Shown here: positions 39,541 to 51,150 of the stretch, one piece after another
Position numbering within the stretch: position 1 is the first letter of the stretch
Layout of the letters: each line of letters opens with the position of its first letter
Assembly: GCA_002633005.1 (NCBI GenBank)
Contig: NMRA01000029.1
Coordinates: 698,956 to 762,955, forward strand
DNA from: Phoronis australis
Lineage: Eukaryota > Animalia > Phoronida
Length of the DNA stretch: 64,000 nt
Direction: 5' to 3'
Notes under the pieces: generated by a model
Databases searched by the model: none
Told to the model about the DNA's origin: nothing
The model's input: the letters and a program-made list of their open reading frames with translations, nothing else
Made by a program: the position numbers and the translations under genes

Positions 39541-40677
39541 GTGAGTGCCGTTTTTGTCGCTAGGATACGATTTGCTATTAATTGATAAAATAGAAATAAA
39601 AGTCCGTTTTTCTGACAGTCTTCATCTGCTTATCCGGCGTTTATGTTACGTGGATGCTTGCGCGAATGGCTGCCTTGATTCATTGCACAGGCTATCGACT
39701 TGGGCTTTTCCAGCAATTAAGCGTTGTGCACAGTTTTTAATAAAGCAAAAGTTTCAGGAAAGCGTAACATGTAACTACATATAATAAAGTAAATTCCAGA
39801 CCAAGCACTAAGACCCTGGGTTGGCGAGCATTATTAACTTGTACATCAACTCTTCATGAAGTGGAGTTACAAAATGATTATTAAAGTGTGTCTGGTTAAC
39901 ACGGCTACAAGAAGGTTAATATCTGTTCTTGTTGCATTCTATCCAACCTAGTTAAGTAACTTCTCCATGCTTTCACCAGATATGGATGCGACTGCTTGTC
40001 GCGTGACCCGGTTAGATTTGGTGAATTTGACACGCGATAGAATCTGTTATCAAAATTTTGTTGAAGATTCAGATCCACATTCCGTCATATTTCCGACCCA
40101 GTGACGGCGTGACGCCTGCTATGGAGAACTAAGAACATGGTGTAAAGCAAAGCAATTAATGAATTATCAGCTCATTTCATACACAGGCGCTTGAGTTTAT
40201 CTGTTCCTCGATCGCAAATGACGTCACTCACTAGTACATGGTTATGAGTTATTGAGAAATTCGAGCGCCTGTGATTTCATACCGTAACATCATTTCTACT
40301 TTGACTAAAAATTGATTTTCAAGAGAACAATTTCAAAACTGTAAGTGGTTTGAATTAAAAGTTTTGTGTGACTGAAAGCGAATTTACAATGATCTCAAAA
40401 TTGAAAGTTTGTTTTCTCACACCATCAAACCAAACTTATATATTTTTATCGGGAAGACTTTTTTTTATTCATCTAAATGCAGAGTGAGCATGGAAATCGA
40501 AAACGCGGGGGGCGAGGCCAGATGTCGTTAAGTTTTCAGGCATTTGCAGACAGAGTCAATTTAAGTTACACTGGGAAAAGAGAATGAAATCATATCTTCT
40601 GGTTTGCAAACGCGCTTTTTCTGTACCCGCCTCCTGTTTCGTTAAATCGTTTAACAGCAGCTTTTTCCTTGAAACAG

Positions 40678-40833
40678 CAATCGACGGAAGCTGGGGACGA
40701 TGGTCAGTTAAAGCCAGGTGCAGGTCAGACAACTCTTGGCGATTGAGGTCAAGAAACTGTGATAATCCATCACCTGCATACGGAGGGCAAGAATGCTCGG
40801 GCTCGAGCAATGAGACAAAGGCTTGCCCACCTG
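40678..40833 (+). CDS. Exon (phase 1-1, 156 nt) encoding a TSP1 repeat
   Basis: gaaacag| ... |gtatga; encodes IDGSWGRWSVKARCRSDNSWRLRSRNCDNPSPAYGGQECSGSSNETKACPP. Confidence 0.88.
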
Positions 40834-41527
40834 GTATGAAGTTATTTTTAGGTCGATTAATGCTTTCAGCAGACGTAATTCCATACCAAATAGAGTACCT
40901 TACGTACCTTCATCGACAAACTCTGGTTCACAACATTGGAGGATATGGTATTGGGACAATATGGACATAACATCCATGTTTATAAAGAGCATATCCAGTG
41001 CCGGATTAGGAGGCGCCATGGACACCTGGGTCGAGTACGGTGACGCTGTCACCTACGTTAGGACCTCGCTAAAACCTAGCCATAGTCACGTGTTTGCACT
41101 TAAAATACACAGAAGTGTCTCACGTAATCTCAGCAAGTCTTGTTGTTCAGCGAGGTCCTAGTTTTACTACTATCTTGTATTGTGCGAAGAGAGGACTTTG
41201 GCCTGATGCAGTTCTTGCTAATCCGGTTCGCATAATGGCTGTACCTACACCGGTACCGTCTCTTAAAAAAGGTACCGTTCCCCTTTTTGACTGAAAAAGC
41301 ATATGAATATCGTGAGACCATATAATGCGCTTCCAAACCGCTAATTTTCATGATCTATTTCCATGTGCGGACTGAATGATTAGTGATCGAGAATCCACGT
41401 TCTGTAGCACGTCGAATTTTGTACGCTACTTGCTTAGGGAAGTCTAAATTGGCTAGTCACGTGGGTGTCGTCATCAGTCCTGGACCTGTGGTCTGTCACG
41501 ATATCGCTTTTCGTAATTGTGTTGCAG

Positions 41528-41696
41528 TGGAAGCAACATGGACCAGTTGGCAAACAGGGCGGTGCTCCGTAACTTGCGGCACCATTGTATTACAACAGAA
41601 CATGCATCAACCCAGACGGAGGACCCGATTGTAAAGGTCCTTCCAAGCAGACGAGATTCTGTATACCCGGGCTGTCCCAGTGTACCGACAAAGTTG
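41528..41696 (+). pseudogene. TSP1 exon with a frameshift (169 nt)
   Basis: gttgcag| ... |gtaagt; encodes VEATWTSWQTGRCSVTCGT, then after a frame change at ~41584 LYYNRTCINPDGGPDCKGPSKQTRFCIPGLSQCTDKV. Confidence 0.8.
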
Positions 41697-42849
41697 GTAA
41701 GTCATCGACAAATCAAGGCGTTTTAATCCACCCGTGTCAATCAGGGTACAAGTTGTGCTGACCTCTTTTAGGAGATCCTTTAATGGACCCATGTATTGGT
41801 GATGGAAATCTTGGAAGAACCCGAATGAGTAACTTTTGTGTTTACAAACACAGGGCGTTGAAGTGCTCTAGTATTACTGATGTTGCATCACGTACCACTA
41901 ACCTAAATTGTGCTTCACAAGTTGGCCTCTTGAAAGAGCAACTAACTAACGGCAGTCCCACTTCAAATCTTCAGTTTCGTTTAACAAAGTGTGATATTGG
42001 AAACTGATGACTAACCCAGTAACACACCCTTTTGGAATTTTGGAGATACGGCAAGATGCAGCTCCATTCTTTTAGAGACGAAGAAGGATGAAGAGAGACC
42101 CGTTGATACTGGGATGTGAGAGCCTACCCCCTCTTGTATAAAGGTTTCCATCAAAATCCCTTTAAAAACATGCCAAATGCTTAGGGCTGATCATTGAATT
42201 GAATCTATATTGAAAAATAAATTTTTTGATGCAACAAATCTGAATGAGGAATGTAATTAAACCTTTTTGTCGAGAATACTGTTCTGTATAGTTCCAACCA
42301 GGAAGTGAATCCTTTGGGGGGGAATTAAATGGGGAAAGGCGTCCTTTNAACATTGTCCAATCATTTTCTGGCCAAATGGAACATCAGTGATGTTGATCTC
42401 TGCTGCTCAAATAGTTTGAAGAAGCAGCGCCTTCTCTCGAATTGATCCAGTGCTATTGAGAACTTCAAAAGACTGCAACGTCATCTCGTGTAAATCGACT
42501 CTAAAAGTATGTTATCAACATGACATGTTAATTGAACATCTTGTCCAATGTTGTGTCACCATAGGCTGCGACTCATGAAGTAAATAGTTTTTTTCATGAA
42601 TCTATAGCTTGTTGATACAATTTTTATTTTATTACATTATAAGAAAAATTTACGTCAGATCATGCAGACACCGAAGCCACGCAAAGTCGCTGATGCATCC
42701 GCACATGTTTCTAACAAAACTGAATCTCTTCGAAAAATACTTGCTTAAGCGTAGTGAGGGGTGCAGTTCTCTAAGTTACAGTTCAGCGGAGCAGCCGAGA
42801 ATTTGGAACGCGTAGTTATACGTTCCTTACTAAGGTTTGCTTGTATATT

Positions 42850-43400
42850 CTTTTAATGGCGTAAGCCTACTTTTGTCAAGAAACAAAAATTAACTCATAT
42901 TCATGATGCGAATTAAAATCTATTTTAATCGTTCCATAATTTTCCGATTTTCGCTTGTTTTATGCACTTACCTTTCTACTACCAGTTTCCGTTTCTTCGG
43001 TAACAAATACTCAGTTTTCTATTTAGATTATCGCAAATTTGATCAGAGTACAGTTAGAACATGTCTATACTGCAGGAAAGTTTCTTTCAAAACTCACCTC
43101 ATCACTGAACGCGCGGCATGACGTCAAATGTAAGTGTGCGCGTACATAAAATTACGCGCTGGAAATGTTTATGATACTGCTTTTTTCTTTCAATAAATAT
43201 GCAAAAATAGAATGATCTATAAAAACCACACAGTTTAAACTTATTGCTTAGTTCAAATTAATTGACGAACACCAATATTTTGAGATATTGAGATATTTGT
43301 TAAAAAATAGGGCGTCTTTATTTTCTTGCGCGATTTTTAAACTTTTCTTTCATCTATCGACGTCATCTATGACGTTTTTCTTTATTTTACGTCACACATA
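42850..43400. repeat. Dispersed repeat, copy 1
   Basis: Collinear similarity to ~46640-47160 (cacttacctttct..., ctgcaggaaagttt, ggcatgacgtcaaatgtaagt, ttattttcttgcgcgatttt). Confidence 0.75.
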
Positions 43401-43694
43401 CTCATGACAAAAGAAAGGAATAATTTTCTTCACATATAAATCGGTAAATAAAACAACAAGAATGGATCAACTGAAATTTGAAATTTTCGGAGGTAACAAC
43501 TTCCTTTATCAACAAAAACAGAAATAAAGTAAAATCAAACACAAAATGACAATTGACATATAAGATATGGTGTAATGAAAATGATACATTTTTGCGTAAA
43601 AAATTCAATGACATATTTTAAGNNNNNNNNNNNNNNNNNNNNNNNNNNNNNNNNNNNNNNNNNNNNNNNNNNNNNNNNNNNNNNNNNNNNNNNN

Positions 43695-44472
43695 TAGGTT
43701 TTTCATTTGAGGGGAAATATGCAGTGTAGAAAGATGTTTTTTGAAGACGTGGCTAATTCCGTTTAAACATGGATTGAACATAGTTATGAAAGGTATTCTA
43801 TTAGTAGTATTGCCTTTAGTTTTAGTTCTTAAAGATTCATTTCGAGTAATTGAGCGGACTTTGTCAAACTGTTTGTGTATAAGATGTAAGGGGAAATGAC
43901 GTTGAATTAGATAGTACTTGAGTTCTTTTAAACGGTTATTAAAGGAAGTTTCTTCTGAACAAATGCGTCGAATTCTTAGGGCAAGGCTATATGGAAGGCT
44001 TTTCTTGCAATGAAAGGGATGACACGAGTGATATGACAGATACTGGTGTTTGTCAGTTTCTTTACAGAATAAGTCAGTTTCTAGTTTATCATTATTAAGA
44101 GTGACAGTTACATCTAAAAATGAGACTTTATTTTGAGAAATGTCATGAGTGAACTTTATAGTAGGGTGAAATTTGTTAATATTTTCTAAAAATACATCTA
44201 ATTTTTGTGGACCATGGGTCCATATCATAAAAATGTCATCAATGTATCTTAGCCAGAGAAGGGGTTTTTCAGAGCAGGATTTGATGAAGCTGTTTTCAAG
44301 ATTTCCCATAAAGAGGTTAGCAAAGGTAGGAGCAACCCTAGTTCCCATGGCTGTGCCTAATATTTGGAGATAGTGATTATTATTAAAGGTAAAATGATTC
44401 ATGGTAAGTACATGTTCAAGAAGAGAGCGAATAAAAGATGTAGGTACATTAGGATTATTACGTTGTTGAAGA
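43695..44472 (-). mobile_element. Penelope-like element reverse transcriptase fragment (5'-truncated; 3' side lost in gap)
   Basis: Open frame ...LLEHVLTMNHFTFNNNHYLQILGTAMGTRVAPTFANLFMG...WLRYIDDIF...IKFT...SFLDV...TDKHQYLSYHSCHP..CKKSLPYSLALRIRRICS, canonical PLE RT and thumb motifs. Confidence 0.93.
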
Positions 44473-46639
44473 CGGGGTGGTCTGCTGCTTCATTGACTTG
44501 TTTCTATCAAACACACAAAAACAATCTTTTGAGCGACGAAAACGAGGGTGGGATAGTGAAATCACAATGAAATTGCTAGGCTTTTTTACCAAAAGGTAGA
44601 TTGAGTAACAATCTGATTAGGCTATCATTAAGCGCTGGCATTGTATTCAACCGTTTTCAATGACTACCGATCAGAAATTTTCCTACAATTTTAATTGAGA
44701 AAGAAAAAAATGAAGAAATTTACCGATGCTTCGTAACAGGGCAAAATTGCTCTTCACGCAACAAGCTCGTCTGACAGTGCGAGTTTTATTTTTCATTCTT
44801 CATGGTATGTTTTCCGAAGCTTCTTTGATAAACCCATACGCAGTTCCGGACTATCTGTTAATTTTTCAAGCTACAGCTTGGGGCTATGTGCAAAATAGTC
44901 CCCCCAACCCTCATGCCCACAAGATTTATTCCCAAGTCGTGAGGATCGAGAGGAGAAATCCATTCAGTTAAGAAAGATGCAACAAAGGATTTTGCGATCG
45001 CCCCTTATCGTTGTCAAATGGGGTCCTCAAAGGTCCTGGCGACTCTGAGGCTGCAGGTGGAAAATTGTGGCGACCAGTGGAAGTAAAAATTGGGGTCACG
45101 TCTCGTCGCAACATCCGGTCCCTCGAAAGTTATGGCGACGGAGGGGTCAGTTCCAAAATTTCATAGTTAGGCAGGAATTCTAACGAATAGGGCCTCAGAG
45201 TTTTCATATTATGGGGTTCTCGAGACACCTTAATCTGCCACAGGAGATATGACACAATGCCGGAACTTGCATTTTCAACTACAGACATGCGTGGAATGCG
45301 ATATGGTCAGAGGTTCTCCGCTGAACCTCAATGTTCATAATCCTCCAAGCAGGAATTGTGTTGCTCGGTGGGGGGCAAGAAGAATGCTTTCTTCGTCGTT
45401 TTTTACACTTGACTACTTTAGGACAGTAGATAAGGAATGCATGGAAAACGTTATAATGATTACTTGGTATAGACCTGATTTTCAATAAAGCTAGTTTCAT
45501 CAATAGGTATCGTAGATGATAGAATATCGTGAAACGCAAGACCGTGTACGACTTCGCGAGATACCGCCATGCATTGTAAGCGAGGCTTCTCATGGCCATA
45601 CTAGCTTTACTTGGGAAATTCTTACACCCACGGAACGCAGCTAGGCTACTGACGTGGCCATCTTGTCCTTCAATTGGGGGTTCGACAATGAAGTTTTGCT
45701 TTAATTTTCAATGCTTACGTTTACTCACACGTAATCAATAGCACTACTAGATATAATTACTCAAATGAAGGGATTACTTTATTGTAGGTCTTCAAAAACG
45801 GATGATTTAAAATTATTCGACTGCAGACGCTACACCTATCGGTGATACAAGATCGTATGCCAAACGAGCGGCTGTGGAGAAGAGCCTTCTTTATCAAAGA
45901 TATCGTGACGTAATAAGTGAGCTGTCCACAAAAAGTTGCGACTGTTGACGATTCGTGTATTGCTGTTTCATTCCAGGTTTCAGTAGGTTGATGGTCTAGA
46001 ACCATGTTTTAATGTAATTTCTATAGTTCATTTAAACTCTTGATCTGCGACATTGGAACATGAAGCCTGGACCCAATTTCTGGCAGTGACAAGAACTGTG
46101 CCAAATGTGAAGCTATGGACGTGGGACTATTGTTAGCGTCTTTGTTCCACAGTAAGAGAATGACGTCACTGGAACCTGGAACCATTTTCAGTTAGTAACA
46201 GAAATAGAATCCTATCACGCTAAGGACTATTATGAGACAGATTCTTTAAAATCAAAAGGCTTAATTTGCTTTTCGTTTTTAACCAGGTAAACAGAGCCAA
46301 ACGCGGCTTTAAATAAACGATTTCTTTCCCCAACTCGTGCAGACACCGTAACCACGTAAGACGAATGATAGTACCGGTACACACTACATGTTTTCGCTAG
46401 TTATTTGGAGAACATAGAAAAACCAGTAATAGATTATACTTGCTTAGAAATACAAAACTTTGGGATATTTTTATAGAAAGACTACAAAGGTAAACCTTTC
46501 CTTCGAAAAATACTTGCTCGATCATAGGGGGTTCCAATTCTCTCAGTTGCGTTTTATCAGAAAAAGGAGCAGTCGGAATGTTGGAACGCATTGCTACATG
46601 TGCTTTACTCATGAGTCCTTTAATGCCTGTATCTTTCTT

Positions 46640-47160
46640 TTAACCTATACGTCATGGAACAAATACTTTGGAACCCATTTTTCTCATATTGAAATCTGTT
46701 TTAATTATACTATAATTCGTCCAGTTATTTGTGCAATATCTTCATTCACTTACCTTTCTGCAACTAGTTTCCGTTTCTTTAATGACAGTTTTCTTGTTAA
46801 ATTATGCCAAATATGGTCGGACTACATTAAGAACACGTGTACACTGCAGGAAAGTTTCATTCAAAACTCACCGTATCACTAAACGCTTGGCATGACGTCA
46901 AATGTAAGTTTGCGCGCAGAGAAAATAACGCGCTTAAAATGTTTATGTTACACCTTTTCATTTTATAAATAGAACAAAGAATATAATACAATCTAAAAAC
47001 ACGTTTTTGAACTTATTTTTCGTTCAAATCCATTATATAACATCTAAATTTTGCCTTATTGATTGAGAAAATAGGACATATTTATTTTCTTGCGCGATTT
47101 TGAAAGTTTCTGTTTCGTCAATCGACGTCATCAGTGACGCTTTTCTTTATTTTTCGAACA
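46640..47160. repeat. Dispersed repeat, copy 2
   Basis: Paralog of 42850-43400. Confidence 0.75.
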
Positions 47161-47519
47161 AAAGTAACTGTTTTTCTTTAAATATCAGTATTTTGATAAT
47201 CTAGATGCTTCATGTTTGGTAATGTTTTAAGTTGCGATGGTAAGTTCATGTCTTGCGATTACTTCAGTGCTATCATTGGGTTTTCTCAGCCGATTGCTGA
47301 ATGTCTCGGTGTGAAAACTACTCAACAGAATTTATTGAGATTACAAGACATGGTTGGGAATGAACCTGCTATGGAAAAATTCCGTTTAGGTGAGTTAAAA
47401 ACTTTGGTACACTTGGACTATAGAAAACGAAACTTGGAGCCTGGTAACATGAAATTGACTGATTGATCGTGAGTTGTTTAATACGTTGTTAATTGAAATA
47501 ATAAAATGTTTGGTAAGTT

Positions 47520-47612
47520 ATTTATCTAAACATCCTTCAACAAAGAATGGACTCACCGGAGACAGCCCAAGAGTTGTTATCTCTGCGGCGAAGGATGTTA
47601 AAGTTGAGTCTC
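47520..47612 (-). mobile_element. Short copy of the extreme 3' end of the RLE-USP retrotransposon
   Basis: ~95 bp nearly identical to ~48642-48733, starting at the same tttatctaaacatc boundary; ends at an N. Confidence 0.85.
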
Positions 47613-48639
47613 NCCACCCCCTTCCACTAGATATGTCACGCTCGGTTTAGCTAACGCAAAGCCAGGCATTGGATTGACATGAATCTGACAAAATAAAAAC
47701 TTGTAAATTCTTAGCACATAGAACAAAATTACAAAACGATGCTGTCAGATCGTAGGCTGTCCCAAAACTTCGCACCATGCTCACGAAGAGAGTGATAGCC
47801 GTATGCTCTTGTCTTGAACTCGTGTATTATTAATGTTATATGTATGTTACACTAGCTTTCATTTTGAAAACATTCCATAAAGAGTATGAACCAAGGGAAT
47901 GAAAATGTTTATACACTTCATGCATAGACACGAGGTGAGTAGGAGGGGGCGAAGCCCCGCGACAGCTTCGCAAGATCGGACGATCTCGCCTTCTGCCCTT
48001 GTTTGGTGTGGACAAGTCTAGGTCAGCATGAAACCGACTAGAAGGCGACAATATTCATAGCTGTTTGCTTGACGTGACGCTGGCTTACTAGCAACGGCGT
48101 TGGTGACTTTTTGTAAATTGTTTGACTCGCATGCCGTTGACTAAATGGCAACGGCAGCCATGTTTATCTTTATACTGTCCTGTAGAGATAGTTTGACTCG
48201 CATGAAGCTACGGAAATGGCAACAGCAATCATGCTTATCCTTGATTGTTTTTATACTGCTCCGTCGAGACTGTGTGTTGCCAGACGAGCAGGGAGAGCTC
48301 CATTAGGTGTTCCTGGTACAGTGTTGTCTTTGAAATTCAGTTCAAAGTTGCTTCGTTGAGTGACTGCAGTCTGTCGGAGACAGTCTGCATTCCGGCGAGC
48401 TCATGTAGTGTGTCAGTTCGGGACACAGGTTGAAATGTCGAAAGCATCGTATTTGAACAAGGGCCTAATAAACGTAATACAAAGATTTTTTAATTCTTAG
48501 AACAACACGTGGCTGACATTTAGCCCTGTGCTGAGGTACGTAACTGGACATGTATAGACAATATAGACAAAACGTAGAACGCGATGCCGATTTTTTCCAT
48601 TTTTTGCATTTACAACACCATATGAAAGGTACACTAATG

Positions 48640-51150
48640 TTTTTTATCTAAACATCATTCAACAAAGAATGGACTCACCGGAGACAGCCCAAGAGTTGTT
48701 ATCTCTGCGGCGAAGGATGTTAAAGTTGAGTCCCGATGAGTTGCCAGCAGTCACTGGTACGGTGCGCGGCTTTAGACGCTCTGCGGCTGGGTTAAAGATC
48801 TTTTATAGGCCTAACTATCCCCAATTCCCGTACCAGGATGAATTTCAAAAAATAACTTGACTTGGCTGCGTCAGATGTGATATGCGACGTTGATGTTGAA
48901 ATTGCGCCATATTTTTTATGTTGATTTCCTTTGTTGGTTTATAATTCATATATTGCAATGTAGGCATCCTGGGGAGGCTTGGATGTACTTGTGACTGTAG
49001 AGTCGTCAAAATTTATCCATTCCCATGCTGACGATTTAACACAGCATGTATAATGACCACCCGTCGTCTTTCTTCCATGGTGTTCAATGACTGCTTTTAT
49101 TTTGTAGCCGGAGAGGTCATACGAGGAAATCTTTGTGTTGATTTTTTCACCATTAGTCGCGGTACGTAAGATATGAATACAAAGGTATTTTGGCGGTTTT
49201 ACTAATGACCATGTGAGCTGGCCACTGAGACTATTACAGTTTGGGCAACTAAAGTCCTCGATGTCCAACGACGTCCACAAGCTGTGCCACAACTCCTGCA
49301 TAGTTATTTCTTTCCTTAGCGTTGGGAGGTAGACGGTCAACTCCCAGTCTATCTGTGTTTTTTCCTTTGTTGTTGTGCAGTTATTACAGCTCCTAGTTTG
49401 CTTCTTCACGTGTTGGAAGGTACTAGTAACCTCAGACGTTACATTATCAGCGTTGTGAGCAAGTGTGTCAACGTGCCATTGGTTCAGTAACCATAGTAAA
49501 AATTCATGGGCATCCTGTTGACTTCCGTTGCCAAGAGAGTTGTTCTGTAATCTTAGTTTATTCAAAATTTCAGACGGAGTTGATGTATACCTTTTAGTTG
49601 CTTCATATGTGTTCACAAGGATGGTTTTCATATTGTTTTTCTTGTTGATATTGTATTTGTGCCAGTTGAGGTTGCATGAAAAGATAGCTTGAAGTGTAGA
49701 GTTCACAAAACACGTGTTTCCAATATTGCAAAGACCAAATCTTTTATCTTTTGTTGATTTTTCGTTTGTCTTCCTTGATATCGGGGATGACGAAGTAGCT
49801 AATTGTGTTTCAATCTTGGGCTTAGAAATGTTGCAGAGTTGCCATTCTGTAAATTGCTTGTTATTTCTTGATAAATATATTGTATAGCTACATCTAAGAG
49901 CTGTCTGAGATGCCGTTTGGTATGTTTGTTTTTTGATTTCTTTGGGGACCTCGAGGAAATTCATTAGCTTCTTTAATGATTTGTAGATGAAGCCTCTACT
50001 TCCAACTTCAACAGGGAACAGAACTGTTTGCCATCCTGCGTTTTTACATTCTTCGACGAGATTTGTATATTTCATTCTTTTTCTCAGGTGTGCTGATTCC
50101 ATATTGTCTTCTGCTGGTATTGTAAGTTCTATTAAAACTGCTATTTTTGCCTGAATTGACCATAACACAATGTCAGGTCTTAATGCCGAATCTGTTATTT
50201 CAGATGGGAATATAAGAGGCGTTTCTGTACAATCTTTAATTAGTTTCCAATCGTTGGTCTTGGCCAGGAAGTGGGTCTGTTCTTTGAATTTCGGCTCTGT
50301 TCTGTTATTGTCGAAGTACAAACCGTTCTTTGACTTAAATCTGATTGCTGTTTCAGTTATAGGCTTTGGAGGGTGTTGAACTACTACATTGATAGCATCA
50401 AATATTATTGCTAGGACTTGGTCATGTCGCCAAGTGTAGCGACCGTTATTTAATGCTACTGTGCAATTGTTGAGGATGTGGTGAAGAGTGCCTTTAGCTG
50501 TTCTGCAGAGGTTGCAACGTTCAGAAGGCGATTGTTTCCATAAATGTAAATTTGCTGGTGTTGGAAGTACGTCGTGTATTGCATTTAACCTAAATGCCAA
50601 GAGAGATGGATTCCATGCATAAAGACTCTTGCTCCAGGATACATCAAGTGACATAACTACATCCCATCTGAGCCATAACCCTTGTTTGGCACAGCTATAC
50701 AGATATAAGAGTGCTTTGTTTTCGTCGACTTCCTTTATACGTTTCGTTATAGATGCTCTATGTTCCTTGGTTGTCATGTTCTTGACGAATTTTCTATTAT
50801 TGGTGTTATAACCCAAACCTTTCCTGTCATTATGACTTATCGAATTACAAATTTCATTCAGAACTATATCCCTTTCTCTCTCTTCGAGTTCTTTTATGCC
50901 ATTCCACCGTTTTGACGTGAAAAATTGTTTAACTTTACCCATATAAAGTTTCCTTGCTTCAGGGTCGTTCGCATATTTGTTGATGTGAAACTTGACCACT
51001 TGCATCTTCTTTAGATGGGTTGTTAGGGTAGTCATGCCTAAACCAAGATGCTCTTTGGATCTGTAGAGAACTGTGTTAGTTGACATTTTACTGATTCCAA
51101 GCCATTGTTTCAGATATTTTGTGCATATACGTTCAAGTGTGACTTTAGGA
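48640..51150 (-). mobile_element. 5'-truncated RLE-type non-LTR retrotransposon (HERO-like) carrying a C-terminal USP deubiquitinase domain
   Basis: Frame opens at ~51155 without ATG (LERICTKYLKQWLGIS..LY, RT thumb) and stops at 48939. A ~300-bp 3' UTR follows, ending in ...tttagataaaaaa at ~48640. The RT catalytic core is absent; no convincing TSD. Confidence 0.88.
48939..51086 (-). CDS. Retrotransposon polyprotein C-terminal part: RT thumb/linker - CCHC zinc knuckle - restriction-like endonuclease - USP (peptidase C19)
   Basis: CNLC..GTLHHILNNC..GRYTWRHDQVL, RPDIVLWS..IELTIP..KRMKY..FPVEVGSRG (RLE). Then GLCNIGNTCFVNSTLQ (Cys box), QQDAHEFL, CNNC/CPNC, PPKYLCIHILR, HHG...GGHYTC (His box), WINFDDSTV, AYIAIY. 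715 codons with no stop. Confidence 0.93.
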   Translation of the reverse strand: MSTNTVLYRSKEHLGLGMTTLTTHLKKMQVVKFHINKYANDPEARKLYMGKVKQFFTSKRWNGIKELEERERDIVLNEICNSISHNDRKGLGYNTNNRKFVKNMTTKEHRASITKRIKEVDENKALLYLYSCAKQGLWLRWDVVMSLDVSWSKSLYAWNPSLLAFRLNAIHDVLPTPANLHLWKQSPSERCNLCRTAKGTLHHILNNCTVALNNGRYTWRHDQVLAIIFDAINVVVQHPPKPITETAIRFKSKNGLYFDNNRTEPKFKEQTHFLAKTNDWKLIKDCTETPLIFPSEITDSALRPDIVLWSIQAKIAVLIELTIPAEDNMESAHLRKRMKYTNLVEECKNAGWQTVLFPVEVGSRGFIYKSLKKLMNFLEVPKEIKKQTYQTASQTALRCSYTIYLSRNNKQFTEWQLCNISKPKIETQLATSSSPISRKTNEKSTKDKRFGLCNIGNTCFVNSTLQAIFSCNLNWHKYNINKKNNMKTILVNTYEATKRYTSTPSEILNKLRLQNNSLGNGSQQDAHEFLLWLLNQWHVDTLAHNADNVTSEVTSTFQHVKKQTRSCNNCTTTKEKTQIDWELTVYLPTLRKEITMQELWHSLWTSLDIEDFSCPNCNSLSGQLTWSLVKPPKYLCIHILRTATNGEKINTKISSYDLSGYKIKAVIEHHGRKTTGGHYTCCVKSSAWEWINFDDSTVTSTSKPPQDAYIAIYEL

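Noticed and set aside
48939-49745. Host USP gene or processed pseudogene adjacent to a LINE
   Set aside because: It is in frame with the RLE with no stop, splice site or poly-A between them, and the apparent element 3' end lies downstream of it.
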